This document shows positions 6,811 to 15,489 of a stretch of 56,281 nucleotides of DNA, piece after piece. Location: IMG/VR virus record IMGVR_UViG_3300036804_000195, positions 1-56,281 of that record; one strand, written 5' to 3'. Position numbers and translations under genes: made by a program. Position 1 is the stretch's first letter. The number at the start of each line of letters is the position of its first letter. The DNA comes from a virus. Lineage: Duplodnaviria > Caudoviricetes. The notes under the pieces were generated by a model. That model had not been told where the DNA came from, ran no database searches, and saw only the letters and a program-made list of their open reading frames with translations.

Positions 6811-8013
6811 CTAGCCGCCGGCCTTCCGCCAGGCGAGGTAGGCGCGTTTCATCTGCTCGTTGTCGCCGATGTGGCGGAGCGCGGCCCACGGGTCGCCGAC
6901 GGCGGCCAGCGCCGCGTCCCGGTCCGACACCGGGGTGGGCGTCGGGGTCGGAGTCGGCGTCGGGGTGGGAGCGGGCGGCGCGCCCTGGAGGACGGCGAGC
7001 AGCCGGGCGCCGTCGGGGACACCGAACCCGGTGGCCTCGTCGCGGCCCGGGCCGGCGCGGAACGCGCCGTTGCTGCCGGAGGTCACGTCGAAGCACACGG
7101 TGGCGTTCGCGGCGACCTCGGAGGTGAAGTCGAACGATGCGCCGGCCAGCTCGAGCAGCCGCAGGTACAGGCCGAGGTGCAGCGGCGCGACCGCGCTGGT
7201 GCCGCCGAACACCGCCTGCTCGCCGTCGACGATGACCTGGTAGCCGGTCTCCGGGTCGGCGTTGCCGGCGATGTCGGGGACATCGCGGCCGGGGAACAGC
7301 ACCGACACGCCGCCGCCGCCAGCCGACGATGACGAGTCGTCCCAGACGACCTCGGCCGACCGCGCGCCGGCGGAGGTGAGCGTGAGGCGGGTGCCGCCGC
7401 AGCCGGTGACGTTCGGCGAGCTGGCCGGGTAGTCGACGTGCTTGCCCGACTCGCCGTCCCCGGACCCGGAGTCGCCGGACGCGGCGAAGATCTGGATCCC
7501 GGCTTTCTTCGCGGCCGCGAACGCCGCCTCCATCTTCGTGATCGTCGACGCCGACCACTCGTTTTCCGGGCCGCCCCAGGAGATGGAGATCGCGTCGACC
7601 TTGTCCGCGGTGGCGGCCTCGATCGCGGCGATGAAACCGGCGTCGGTGTTCGGAGCGAAGTACACGTTCAGGGTGGCGTCCGGAGCGAGCGCGCCGGCGA
7701 CCTCGATGTCCAGGAGGACCTCGCCGTCGGCGCCGTCCGGGCCGTCGCTGGTGTTCGAGCCGCCGGCGACCGGCTTCGACACCACGTGCGGCACGGGCAG
7801 GCCGAGCCCGCCGAAGTAGGCGTCCAGGTCCTCGGCGCCGAAGCCGCCGCCCAGCTCGATGATCCCGCCGGTGCGGCCCTTGCCGGTCGCAGCCGGGTAG
7901 TTGTAGGCCCCGGCGACCTGCAGCGGCGTGTACCCGCCGGCGGCCGCGAGAGGCTTGCGGAGGTAGGTGCTGGCGGCGATGAGCGGCGCGCCGCTCATGG
8001 TCGGTTCACTCAT
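6811..8013 (-). CDS. S53 family (sedolisin/kumamolisin-like) serine peptidase without prodomain
   Basis: IIELGGG, EVLLDIE (Glu/Asp), SISWG, AASGDSGS, DYPASSP, VPDIAGNADP, GGTSAVAP (catalytic Ser); PT linker and short C-terminal tail. Confidence 0.9.
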   Translation of the reverse strand: MSEPTMSGAPLIAASTYLRKPLAAAGGYTPLQVAGAYNYPAATGKGRTGGIIELGGGFGAEDLDAYFGGLGLPVPHVVSKPVAGGSNTSDGPDGADGEVLLDIEVAGALAPDATLNVYFAPNTDAGFIAAIEAATADKVDAISISWGGPENEWSASTITKMEAAFAAAKKAGIQIFAASGDSGSGDGESGKHVDYPASSPNVTGCGGTRLTLTSAGARSAEVVWDDSSSSAGGGGVSVLFPGRDVPDIAGNADPETGYQVIVDGEQAVFGGTSAVAPLHLGLYLRLLELAGASFDFTSEVAANATVCFDVTSGSNGAFRAGPGRDEATGFGVPDGARLLAVLQGAPPAPTPTPTPTPTPTPVSDRDAALAAVGDPWAALRHIGDNEQMKRAYLAWRKAGG

Positions 8014-8263
8014 GGTCTGGCGTCCTTTCGCCCGGCGCGGCGGCCGGGACAGTCCGGTTCTGGTGGGGAGCGAGGTAGCCGGCGAGCAGCGCCAGGCCGC
8101 CGTCGGCGATGACATGCGCCAGGTAACCCGCGATCGCGGGAGGCGCGGAATGCCAGATCAGGTGCAGGCCGAGCTGCACGAGCGCCGCGGCGGCCGCGGC
8201 AGCGGCGCCGGAGGCTTTCACCTTGGGCGCGACCGGCCAGCGGCCGCTGCGGCGACGGCACAT
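8006..8263 (-). CDS. Holin (actinophage type)
   Basis: VAPKVKASGAAA...two hydrophobic segments...AGYLAPHQNR; located in the lysis cassette. Confidence 0.7.
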   Translation of the reverse strand: MCRRRSGRWPVAPKVKASGAAAAAAAALVQLGLHLIWHSAPPAIAGYLAHVIADGGLALLAGYLAPHQNRTVPAAAPGERTPDHE

Positions 8264-8271
8264 GACCGGGG

Positions 8272-8469
8272 TTACTTGCCCTCGGCCGCGGCCACGAGCT
8301 GCGCGAACATCTGGTGCGCGGCCGCCTCGGCCTGCTCGGCGTCGGAGGCGATCATCGGCTCCAGGACCTCGATCCGCTGCTTCACCGTGTCCGCGAGCGC
8401 GGAGCCCTCGGCCTCGAGCTTGTCCTTGGCGGCCTGGAGGATGGCCAGGAACTGCTGAGCGAATGACAT
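8272..8469 (-). CDS. Small acidic helical hypothetical protein
   Basis: AAGGAG RBS, 65 aa. Confidence 0.65.
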   Translation of the reverse strand: MSFAQQFLAILQAAKDKLEAEGSALADTVKQRIEVLEPMIASDAEQAEAAAHQMFAQLVAAAEGK

Positions 8470-8479
8470 TGCTTCTCCT

Positions 8480-9058
8480 TCAGTTGGCGTCAGCGCGCGC
8501 GGCCTGCTGGCCGGAGCGCAGGATCACGTCCGCCAGTGCGGCGGGCGTGACGTATCCGGGCCACCGGCCGTCGGAGAACAGGTGCACGCCCGCGTCGGCG
8601 TAGCACTGGTCGACGAGCTGGGAGCAGATCATGTGGCCGGTGGATCCGATGAACGAGCGCAGCCCCGGCGCCGGGATCCGGAGCCGGCGCATCGCCAGCG
8701 CCACATAGTCCAGCGCGGAGTAGCCGACCGGCGCGCGGCCCTCGACGTGCGGCCAGTCGGCGTACCGGTTCGCGGCCGCGGCGATGAGGGTGCGCTCCCC
8801 CGGCTTGAGGCCGATGACGCCGGTCGACCACAGGTCGCCGGGCTGCACGAGCGGGTACCGGCGGACCCGCTGCGCGCCGTGCGGCATGGCCTGCACGATC
8901 CACCCGTCGCCGGCGTAGACCAGGGCGTGCTCGTAGTTGCCGAACCCGTCGCCGTTGAGCCATTCGCCGGCCCGGATCAGCGGGCCGCCCGGACCGTGCA
9001 TCACCACCGCGGCGAAGTCGCCCGGCTGCACGTCGCCGGGATCCGGCTGCCCGGTCAC
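8480..9058 (-). CDS. Circularly permuted NlpC/P60 (YiiX/YebB-like) papain-fold enzyme
   Basis: QPGD...YEHALVYAG...QAMPHG...GYS...ICSQLVDQCYADAGV...VTPAAL (His before Cys); GTGA-coupled to the endolysin. Confidence 0.8.
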   Translation of the reverse strand: MTGQPDPGDVQPGDFAAVVMHGPGGPLIRAGEWLNGDGFGNYEHALVYAGDGWIVQAMPHGAQRVRRYPLVQPGDLWSTGVIGLKPGERTLIAAAANRYADWPHVEGRAPVGYSALDYVALAMRRLRIPAPGLRSFIGSTGHMICSQLVDQCYADAGVHLFSDGRWPGYVTPAALADVILRSGQQAARADAN

Positions 9059-9915
9059 GGCGCGCTGGTGTAGTAGACCAGGCCGCCGGGCATCCGGTTG
9101 TCGAGGTAGGCGCGGAACGCGGCGGCCTCGGCCGGGGTGGCATGCGCCAGCGTCACCTCGGTCAGGTGCGCGACCGTGGTGGCGCGCCGCGCGGCCAGCG
9201 TTGCCAGGCTGACCGACCCGTCGGCGACGCGGCGGAACGGGCCGGTCGGGGTGATGATCGCGGCGAGCTGGCCGAGGGTGCCGTGGAACACGCTGGTGTC
9301 GCATTTCCCGGCGCCGGGCCAGGAGGTGATGTGCGGGCCGAGCTGCCCGTCGGTGCATTGCCACAGCGTGTGCCCGACCGACGGCTCGGCGCCCTGGTAG
9401 GCGGCGATCCAGGTGCGCCGCCCGGAGGCGAACAGCGGGCCGAGCCCGTGGCCGAGGACGAACGCGACGTAGGAGTACAGCCAGGACCGCTGCGGCAGCG
9501 GCCGCGACGCGAGCCCGTACTCGGCGTCGGCGGCGGCCAGCCACGCGGCCGCCCGGCCGGCCTGACTGCCGGTGCCTTCCTCGAGGTCGCACACCGGGAT
9601 CTCCCACGGGTGCAGCGGCCCGGTGATCGCCCGCATCGCCTGGACGGAGGCGACCGGGTCCTGGCCGGCGCGCAGGTACTGGTAGATGCCGAGGAACCGG
9701 TACCCGGCCGCGGCCGCGGCGGCGCGGAAGTGCGCGAAGCCGTTGTCGGCGCGTGTGCCGTAGGCGACGCGGATGATCGCCGCGCCGCCGTTCTGCTTCT
9801 TGATGCCGGCCATGTCTGCGGGCTGCGGGTGGTCGGGCGGGTACTGGAACTCGGACAGGTCGGGGAGCAGGAGCAGCGGCGGCGAGGCGGCCGCGGACAG
9901 ATCTGGCGTCGACAT
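9055..9915 (-). CDS. Endolysin, GH25 muramidase-like
   Basis: PDLSEFQ, AIIRVAYG, GIYQY, DLEE, WIAAY, LWQCTD, CDTS. Confidence 0.8.
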   Translation of the reverse strand: MSTPDLSAAASPPLLLLPDLSEFQYPPDHPQPADMAGIKKQNGGAAIIRVAYGTRADNGFAHFRAAAAAAGYRFLGIYQYLRAGQDPVASVQAMRAITGPLHPWEIPVCDLEEGTGSQAGRAAAWLAAADAEYGLASRPLPQRSWLYSYVAFVLGHGLGPLFASGRRTWIAAYQGAEPSVGHTLWQCTDGQLGPHITSWPGAGKCDTSVFHGTLGQLAAIITPTGPFRRVADGSVSLATLAARRATTVAHLTEVTLAHATPAEAAAFRAYLDNRMPGGLVYYTSAP

Positions 9916-9932
9916 GGGCGGGTGTCCTTTCG

Positions 9933-11099
9933 CTAGCGTTTCTTCTTACGGGCAGCAGCGCGGGCCTTGGCCTTGGCGGCCGCGGCGCGGGCCCTGGCGG
10001 CCGCGACTTTCTCGCCGCGGGCCGTGCCCGCGGATCCGGTCGGCGCGGAGATGATCGAGGCAACGGACAGGTTGAGGTACTGGAACGGGGTCACGGTCCC
10101 GGCGCTGGCCGAGTCGTCGAACTCGTACGCGCCGCCCAGGAACGTGACCGGGCCGGGCACGACCTCGCCGCCATAGCCGCCGTCGGTCATGATCACCTGA
10201 TAGACCTCGCCGGCCTGCTCGCAGCCGAGGTCGACGGCCTGCCCGCCGAGCGTCATCAGCTCGCCCGGCTGCACGGTGAACGCGCCGGAGAAACTGGCGT
10301 GCACAAACCGCTTGAAGATCGCGTTGCCGACGGCCTGCGCCGCGCCGGCGCTCATCGTCCCGGCCGACGACAAGTCCAGGTAGTCCTCCTGCCGGCCGTG
10401 CGCCGCGACCGACGCCGAGTTAGTCGCGGTGGTCAGCGAGTAGGACGCCGACCCCGACGCGGAGTCGGCCGAGGACTGGTAGCGGATGTGCAGCACGTTG
10501 ATGTCGCCGCCGAGCGTCCGCGGCTGCGGCTGCGTGCACGTCAGGATCCGGGTCGGCGTGACCGGCACCGACCTGACCGACAGCACCCCGGTCTTGGAGA
10601 CCTGCCAGACCAGGCCGCCGCCGGAGCACATGAGGTTCAGCAGATCGGTGATCTTCATCGACCCGGAGTCCTGCTGCTGGCCGAGCCACACGGTGCCCGG
10701 GACGGCAGTGCCGCCCGGGTTGATCCACGGCAGGCCGCGGGTGATCGCCTGATTCACCGCGTCGTTCTGATTGGTCCAGGTGGTGTAGACGGCGTCGTAG
10801 TCGGTGCCGGCGTTGCCGATGCCGATGCCGGTGACCGACCAGCCCGAGCCAGGCTGATAGACCGGCTCGATGACCTTGCCTGACCACTGCACCGACCCGC
10901 CGCGGTAGATCCGCATGATCCGGCCGGGGTTGAGCGCGTCGGTGCGCAGGTCCGCCGGAGCGGCCAGCGTGCACGACATCTGGTCGGCGCCGCCCGAGCA
11001 CGCGTAGGAGTACTTCAGTCCGCCGACACCGCCGAGCCTGCCCAGCCACCGCGGCTGGGAGCCGTCGGGCGCCAGCGTGACGACCTGCGACGTGCTCAC
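9933..11099 (-). CDS. Minor tail protein (hub/Tal-like)
   Basis: Position after the distal tail genes; beta-rich; GGADQMSCTL...VQWSGKVIEP. Confidence 0.7.
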   Translation of the reverse strand: MSTSQVVTLAPDGSQPRWLGRLGGVGGLKYSYACSGGADQMSCTLAAPADLRTDALNPGRIMRIYRGGSVQWSGKVIEPVYQPGSGWSVTGIGIGNAGTDYDAVYTTWTNQNDAVNQAITRGLPWINPGGTAVPGTVWLGQQQDSGSMKITDLLNLMCSGGGLVWQVSKTGVLSVRSVPVTPTRILTCTQPQPRTLGGDINVLHIRYQSSADSASGSASYSLTTATNSASVAAHGRQEDYLDLSSAGTMSAGAAQAVGNAIFKRFVHASFSGAFTVQPGELMTLGGQAVDLGCEQAGEVYQVIMTDGGYGGEVVPGPVTFLGGAYEFDDSASAGTVTPFQYLNLSVASIISAPTGSAGTARGEKVAAARARAAAAKAKARAAARKKKR

Positions 11100-11104
11100 C
11101 GGCT

Positions 11105-11395
11105 CTACTGCGGCCCGATGACCACGCGCTGGCTCGCACCGAACACGTACGGCAGCGTGTAGCTGTCCGGCAGCGACCCGGTCTCATACAGCGACGCCAG
11201 CGCGTTAGCGTCGGCGATCCCGGACAGCACCGCGGCGGTGTCCGCCGGGGTGAAGCCGAGCGCCTCGAGGTCGGCAGTCGGCACGCCGGAGGTGAACGCA
11301 TACAGGTCGGCGCACTGCTGCAGCGCGCGCCGCAGATTGAGCAGCGCATTCTGGGCCTGCTGCAGGATCTCGACCTCGGTGACGGAGCTGAGCAC
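11105..11395 (-). CDS. Hypothetical tail-region protein
   Basis: GAAGGGAG RBS, GTG start (VLSSVTEVEIL...). Confidence 0.6.
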   Translation of the reverse strand: MLSSVTEVEILQQAQNALLNLRRALQQCADLYAFTSGVPTADLEALGFTPADTAAVLSGIADANALASLYETGSLPDSYTLPYVFGASQRVVIGPQ

Positions 11396-11412
11396 GCGCG
11401 TCTCCCTTCGCT

Positions 11413-11784
11413 TCAGACGGTGTAGAACCCGGCGAGGTCCACGACGCTGACCGTGAGCGTCTGCGGGTGAGCTGACAGCACCCCGGCGTTGCTCAGGGCG
11501 ACGCCCGCGAACCCGGCGTCCGCGGACCGGTAGTACACCGACCCCGACGGCCAGACCGAGGACGGCAGCGGGTTGCTGGCGTTGATGTTGATGCTGCCGG
11601 AGAACGCCGCGTGGGTGATGTTGCCGCGGAGCTGCACCATGCCGGCCATGACCCGCCAGGCCGGGAGCTGCCCGGTCGCGCCGCCCGGCGCCGACCACCC
11701 GGAGTCCAGGACGATCGACGTCCAGGGCGCGTTCAGGATCGCGTTCAGCCGCTGTTCGGTGGTGTAGGACTTCTCCGAGCCCAC
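11413..11784 (-). CDS. Small tail fibre / receptor-binding-like protein
   Basis: WTSIVLDSGW...WRVMAGMVQLRG...LPSSVWP resembles fibre tip domains; TAGTG coupling. Confidence 0.6.
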   Translation of the reverse strand: MGSEKSYTTEQRLNAILNAPWTSIVLDSGWSAPGGATGQLPAWRVMAGMVQLRGNITHAAFSGSININASNPLPSSVWPSGSVYYRSADAGFAGVALSNAGVLSAHPQTLTVSVVDLAGFYTV

Positions 11785-14700
11785 TAGCTGATCCGGCCCT
11801 TCATCCACCGCGGCGAGTAGGTGAGCTGCACCGACGGCGCGCCCTCGGCGGCGTACACGAGCAGGCCCTGGTTTCCGCCGGGGTCGACGTCCAGGCCGGT
11901 GCCGGAGAACGCGGTGGCCTGGTCGAGGATCGACAGCGCGTCGGCGCGGTCGAACATGGAGCCGAGGACCAGGCCGACGTCGCGGCCGCCGGTCGGCTCG
12001 TCGACGTAGAAATTCTGGTAGTCGACCGACGACTGGATGATCACCGTCGAACCCTGGGTGTCCAGGAACAGGACGTCCAGGAACCGGTCGCCGGTCTGCG
12101 AGTCGCTGACCTTGACGGTGAAGTAGCCGTTCAGGTTCGCCTGCGGGAATTCCTTGCCGGGCAGCGTCAGCTCGCCGAGCACGACGAACGGGCCCGGCAG
12201 CGTGTTGGGCACGACCGACAGCGGCACCGTCGACTGCGCGTACGCGGCGCCGCCGGCCTGCTCGTACTGCGTGACCGTGACCGTCAGCGTGCTCGCCGAC
12301 GACGGCGCCGCCCATGTGTTGTTGACCAGGACGACGGTGTAGGTGCCGTCGAACCGGGCGTTCAGCCCGCCGATCAGCGACGGCACCTGGTACTCGATCG
12401 AGTTGTTCGGCAGGTCGTCGCCGCCGAATGACACGAACGGGCACAGCGTGACCGGCGCGTCGAACCGCGGCCGGTGCGCGATCAGCGTCGCGAAGCCGGG
12501 CTGCCCCTGGTACTGCAGCCGGACCTGGCCGCCAGCGCCAGCGCCGCCGGTCTTCACGTGCCCGGCCAGCGACGTGCCGCCGCCGCCGCCGCCGCCGGGG
12601 ATGGTGCCCGAGTCGGGGTTGGGCCGGACCGCCTGGTGGCCCTGGCCGCCTGCGCCGCCGCCGGTGACCGCTGCGCCGCCGGCGCCGCCGCTGCCGCCGC
12701 TCGCGCCGGCGTTGCCGTTCCCGGCCGTGCCCGCGGAGCTGCCGCCTCCGCCTCCGCCGGTGCCGGTGACGCCGAGACCGCCAGCGCCGCCGGAGTGGCC
12801 GCCGGAGCCGGCCGCGCCAGCGGTGCCGCCAGCCGTCGAGTTGGCCGCGGCGTTCGCGCCCGACGGCCCGGACACGGTCGCCGAGTCGCCGGTGAACGTC
12901 GACGGCGTGCCGGACCCGGATCCGCCGGGCGCGACGAACAGCGGGTACACGCCGCCCGGGGTGAGGCCGACCGCGGCGTTGTGCGCGTTGCCGCCGCCGC
13001 CTCCGCCGCCGCCGTCGACGGACGTGATGGTGGAGCCGTTGCCGCCCGAGCCCCACGCCCACACGTCCGCGGTCGTGACGGTGGCCGGGCACAGGAACTG
13101 CGCGCCGCCCGGGGTGGTGAACAGCCGCGTCGTCAGCACCGACACGCCGGCCTGCTGGAACTGCATCGACGCCGGAGCGCGCGCCGACCCGGCGATCCCG
13201 GCCAGGTCGAACACGGCGCCGCGCACCGGAGCTCCGGTCTGGGTGGCGACCGGAACCGCCTGCAGCGAGTCGAGGTAGAACGTCACATACCGCAGGTCGC
13301 CGGCGCCGCGGTTGGTGACCACGATCTGATACGAGGCGACGTCCGCGAAGTTGAAGCCAGGCGTCGGCGGCAGCGTGATGCGGATCCGCTGCCACACCGG
13401 GGACCCGGAATCGTTGGAGCCCTTGAGGTGCATGAGCGAGTGCGCCATGCACTGGACGCCGGCCCGGTCGGTGAGAGTGATGTTGAACAGGACGTCGCCG
13501 CCGGCGCGCAGGAAGCTGTGATAGTAGTTCGTCGACCCGAGCCCGGCCCAGAAGGTGATCGCGCCGAGCGCCGGCTTCGGCCCGGTCTGCAGGAGCACGT
13601 CGCCGACCTTGACCGGCGGGTTGTTCGACGGGGTGAAGCTGACGACCTCGGTGCCGAAGAAAGGCGCGCCGACACCGGTCACCGTGTACACCGGGGAAGC
13701 GCCGACAGCGAGCACGACGTCATCGATCAGGTGCGTCTCGCCGGCCGCTGACGTGGTGACGACGTTTCCGAACGCGACCGCCACCACAGCGCGAGCCGGC
13801 GCAGTGAACCGTGACGTCGCCTGCACCCAGCCGCCGGTCGAGTCCATCACCGTCGCGCCGTTGTCGAACGCGACCGAAGCACCGGCCGCGTCGTAGAAAC
13901 CGATCAGCGCGGTGCACTGCTGCGGCGTCGTCACTGCCCGGTACCACGCTGACATGAAAACCGTCTGGCCTGGCACGACGGGCATGCCGTTGAGGTGCGT
14001 CGGCTCGCTCGCCACAGCGAGCCGGCCGGCAGCGGTCGACGTGAACGCCAGCGAGGCAGAGCCGCCGTGCGCCGTCGCCGACAGCGCGATGCCGGAGCAG
14101 TTAGTGTCGGCGCCCCAGTTGCCGGTGGTGCCGCCTTCAAAGTCGCCGTTATGGACGTTGCCCGAGGCGACGGTGGCGAGCCAGTTGGGCGCGATCTGGA
14201 ACTGGTCCCCGGCTTTCACCCCGGCGGCGATCAGCTCGGACTGCGGGAACTCGGCCTGCCCGCCGAACAGGTTGTTCTGGTTCTGCATGTACAGGGCCCA
14301 GCCCTGCTGCAGGTTGAAGGCGTTGCCGCCGTCGGAGTACCGGGCAGCGATCCCGGCGCCGTCGGGCACGCCGAACAGCGACGGGTCCCACACCGCCGAC
14401 GACCCGGTGGGGCCGATACCGGAGATGTGCCAGTCAAAGGACAGCGCGACGTCGTCGACATAGTGGACCTCGGCGAGCACGGGCGCCGCGACCTGCACAT
14501 AGGGCACGGCGTAGCCGTCGGCCGGGGCCTTGGTGAAGTCCGCCCACAGCAGCGAGGTGAAGGCCGTGGTGTTGTCGCCGCCGGGCAGGCTGCCGATGGC
14601 CTGCAGGAAGTTGCCGCTGGTGTCGTAGAACCGGTGCCCGACGGTCACTGACCGGCCGGTGGCGGCGGCGCGGACCCATGCCTGCACCGATACGACGTTG

Positions 14701-15485
14701 CCCTTCTTGACCGGCATCCCGTTGACCAGCGGAGTGCCGAGCGCGGCGATCATGTCGGCGGTGCCGGTCGCGGTCAGCGCCAGCGACTGCGCGCCGGTGT
14801 GCGCCTGCGCGGCCGACGTCGCGACGGTGCACCCGGAAATCGCGACCCATCCGTGATTCGGGCCGTCGAACCCGGACTGCTGAGCGGTCAGCCAGTTCGC
14901 CGCCGAGTCGGCGGTGCCGGAGATCGCGGTGAAGTTGTCGAGCGTCAGCGCGCCCGGCGGCGCGGCGCGGCCGACCAGCGGCGACGGGAAGTCGACGGTG
15001 ACCGGCTCAGCGGACCGGCCGTACGGCGCGGCCGGGAACGACACCGTCAGGACCTTGACGCCCTGCCGCTCGATCCGGACGTCGTAGGTCGGCGCGGCCT
15101 GGCTTGCCCGGTAGCAGTCGAACACCAGCGGCAGCGCCGTCGCCGACGGGCCGTCGTCGCGGGTCCACCGCAGCGTGAACTCGGCCTGGTCGATGAGCCG
15201 GAGCAGGACCTCCTCGGCCGCGTCCAGGACCAGCCGCTGGTTAGCGATCGCGGGCGGGACGATGATCGTGACCGGCAGGCTGATGACACGGTTGGAGGCG
15301 CGGCGGCCGACGGGCCGCTCGCCGTCCATGATCAGCGACTCGACGTAGTCCGACGTCGGATCCGGGACGCCGAGGTCGTAGCCGTTGCCGAGGTGGAACA
15401 CCGCGCCGGCGCACGCGGCGATCGCCGACACCGCGCCGCCGCCGAGCAGCTCGATCTGGTCGCCGATGATCAGGCTGTCAGTCAC
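11784..15485 (-). CDS. Large distal tail protein with two carbohydrate-binding-like modules and a Gly-rich domain
   Basis: 1233 aa directly after the tape measure gene; duplicated AH(T/G)G..SLA..NGMPV...AW.RA...FYD modules; GGGGGG-rich segment. Confidence 0.75.
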   Translation of the reverse strand: MTDSLIIGDQIELLGGGAVSAIAACAGAVFHLGNGYDLGVPDPTSDYVESLIMDGERPVGRRASNRVISLPVTIIVPPAIANQRLVLDAAEEVLLRLIDQAEFTLRWTRDDGPSATALPLVFDCYRASQAAPTYDVRIERQGVKVLTVSFPAAPYGRSAEPVTVDFPSPLVGRAAPPGALTLDNFTAISGTADSAANWLTAQQSGFDGPNHGWVAISGCTVATSAAQAHTGAQSLALTATGTADMIAALGTPLVNGMPVKKGNVVSVQAWVRAAATGRSVTVGHRFYDTSGNFLQAIGSLPGGDNTTAFTSLLWADFTKAPADGYAVPYVQVAAPVLAEVHYVDDVALSFDWHISGIGPTGSSAVWDPSLFGVPDGAGIAARYSDGGNAFNLQQGWALYMQNQNNLFGGQAEFPQSELIAAGVKAGDQFQIAPNWLATVASGNVHNGDFEGGTTGNWGADTNCSGIALSATAHGGSASLAFTSTAAGRLAVASEPTHLNGMPVVPGQTVFMSAWYRAVTTPQQCTALIGFYDAAGASVAFDNGATVMDSTGGWVQATSRFTAPARAVVAVAFGNVVTTSAAGETHLIDDVVLAVGASPVYTVTGVGAPFFGTEVVSFTPSNNPPVKVGDVLLQTGPKPALGAITFWAGLGSTNYYHSFLRAGGDVLFNITLTDRAGVQCMAHSLMHLKGSNDSGSPVWQRIRITLPPTPGFNFADVASYQIVVTNRGAGDLRYVTFYLDSLQAVPVATQTGAPVRGAVFDLAGIAGSARAPASMQFQQAGVSVLTTRLFTTPGGAQFLCPATVTTADVWAWGSGGNGSTITSVDGGGGGGGGNAHNAAVGLTPGGVYPLFVAPGGSGSGTPSTFTGDSATVSGPSGANAAANSTAGGTAGAAGSGGHSGGAGGLGVTGTGGGGGGSSAGTAGNGNAGASGGSGGAGGAAVTGGGAGGQGHQAVRPNPDSGTIPGGGGGGGTSLAGHVKTGGAGAGGQVRLQYQGQPGFATLIAHRPRFDAPVTLCPFVSFGGDDLPNNSIEYQVPSLIGGLNARFDGTYTVVLVNNTWAAPSSASTLTVTVTQYEQAGGAAYAQSTVPLSVVPNTLPGPFVVLGELTLPGKEFPQANLNGYFTVKVSDSQTGDRFLDVLFLDTQGSTVIIQSSVDYQNFYVDEPTGGRDVGLVLGSMFDRADALSILDQATAFSGTGLDVDPGGNQGLLVYAAEGAPSVQLTYSPRWMKGRIS

Positions 15486-15489
15486 CCGG

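Noticed and set aside
6929-6975. Hexamer-like repeat near the array
   Set aside because: It encodes the Pro-Thr linker of the S53 peptidase on the minus strand.
12540-13060. GCC/CCG-rich repeats
   Set aside because: They are explained by the Gly-rich coding segment of the tail protein (3-nt periodicity).
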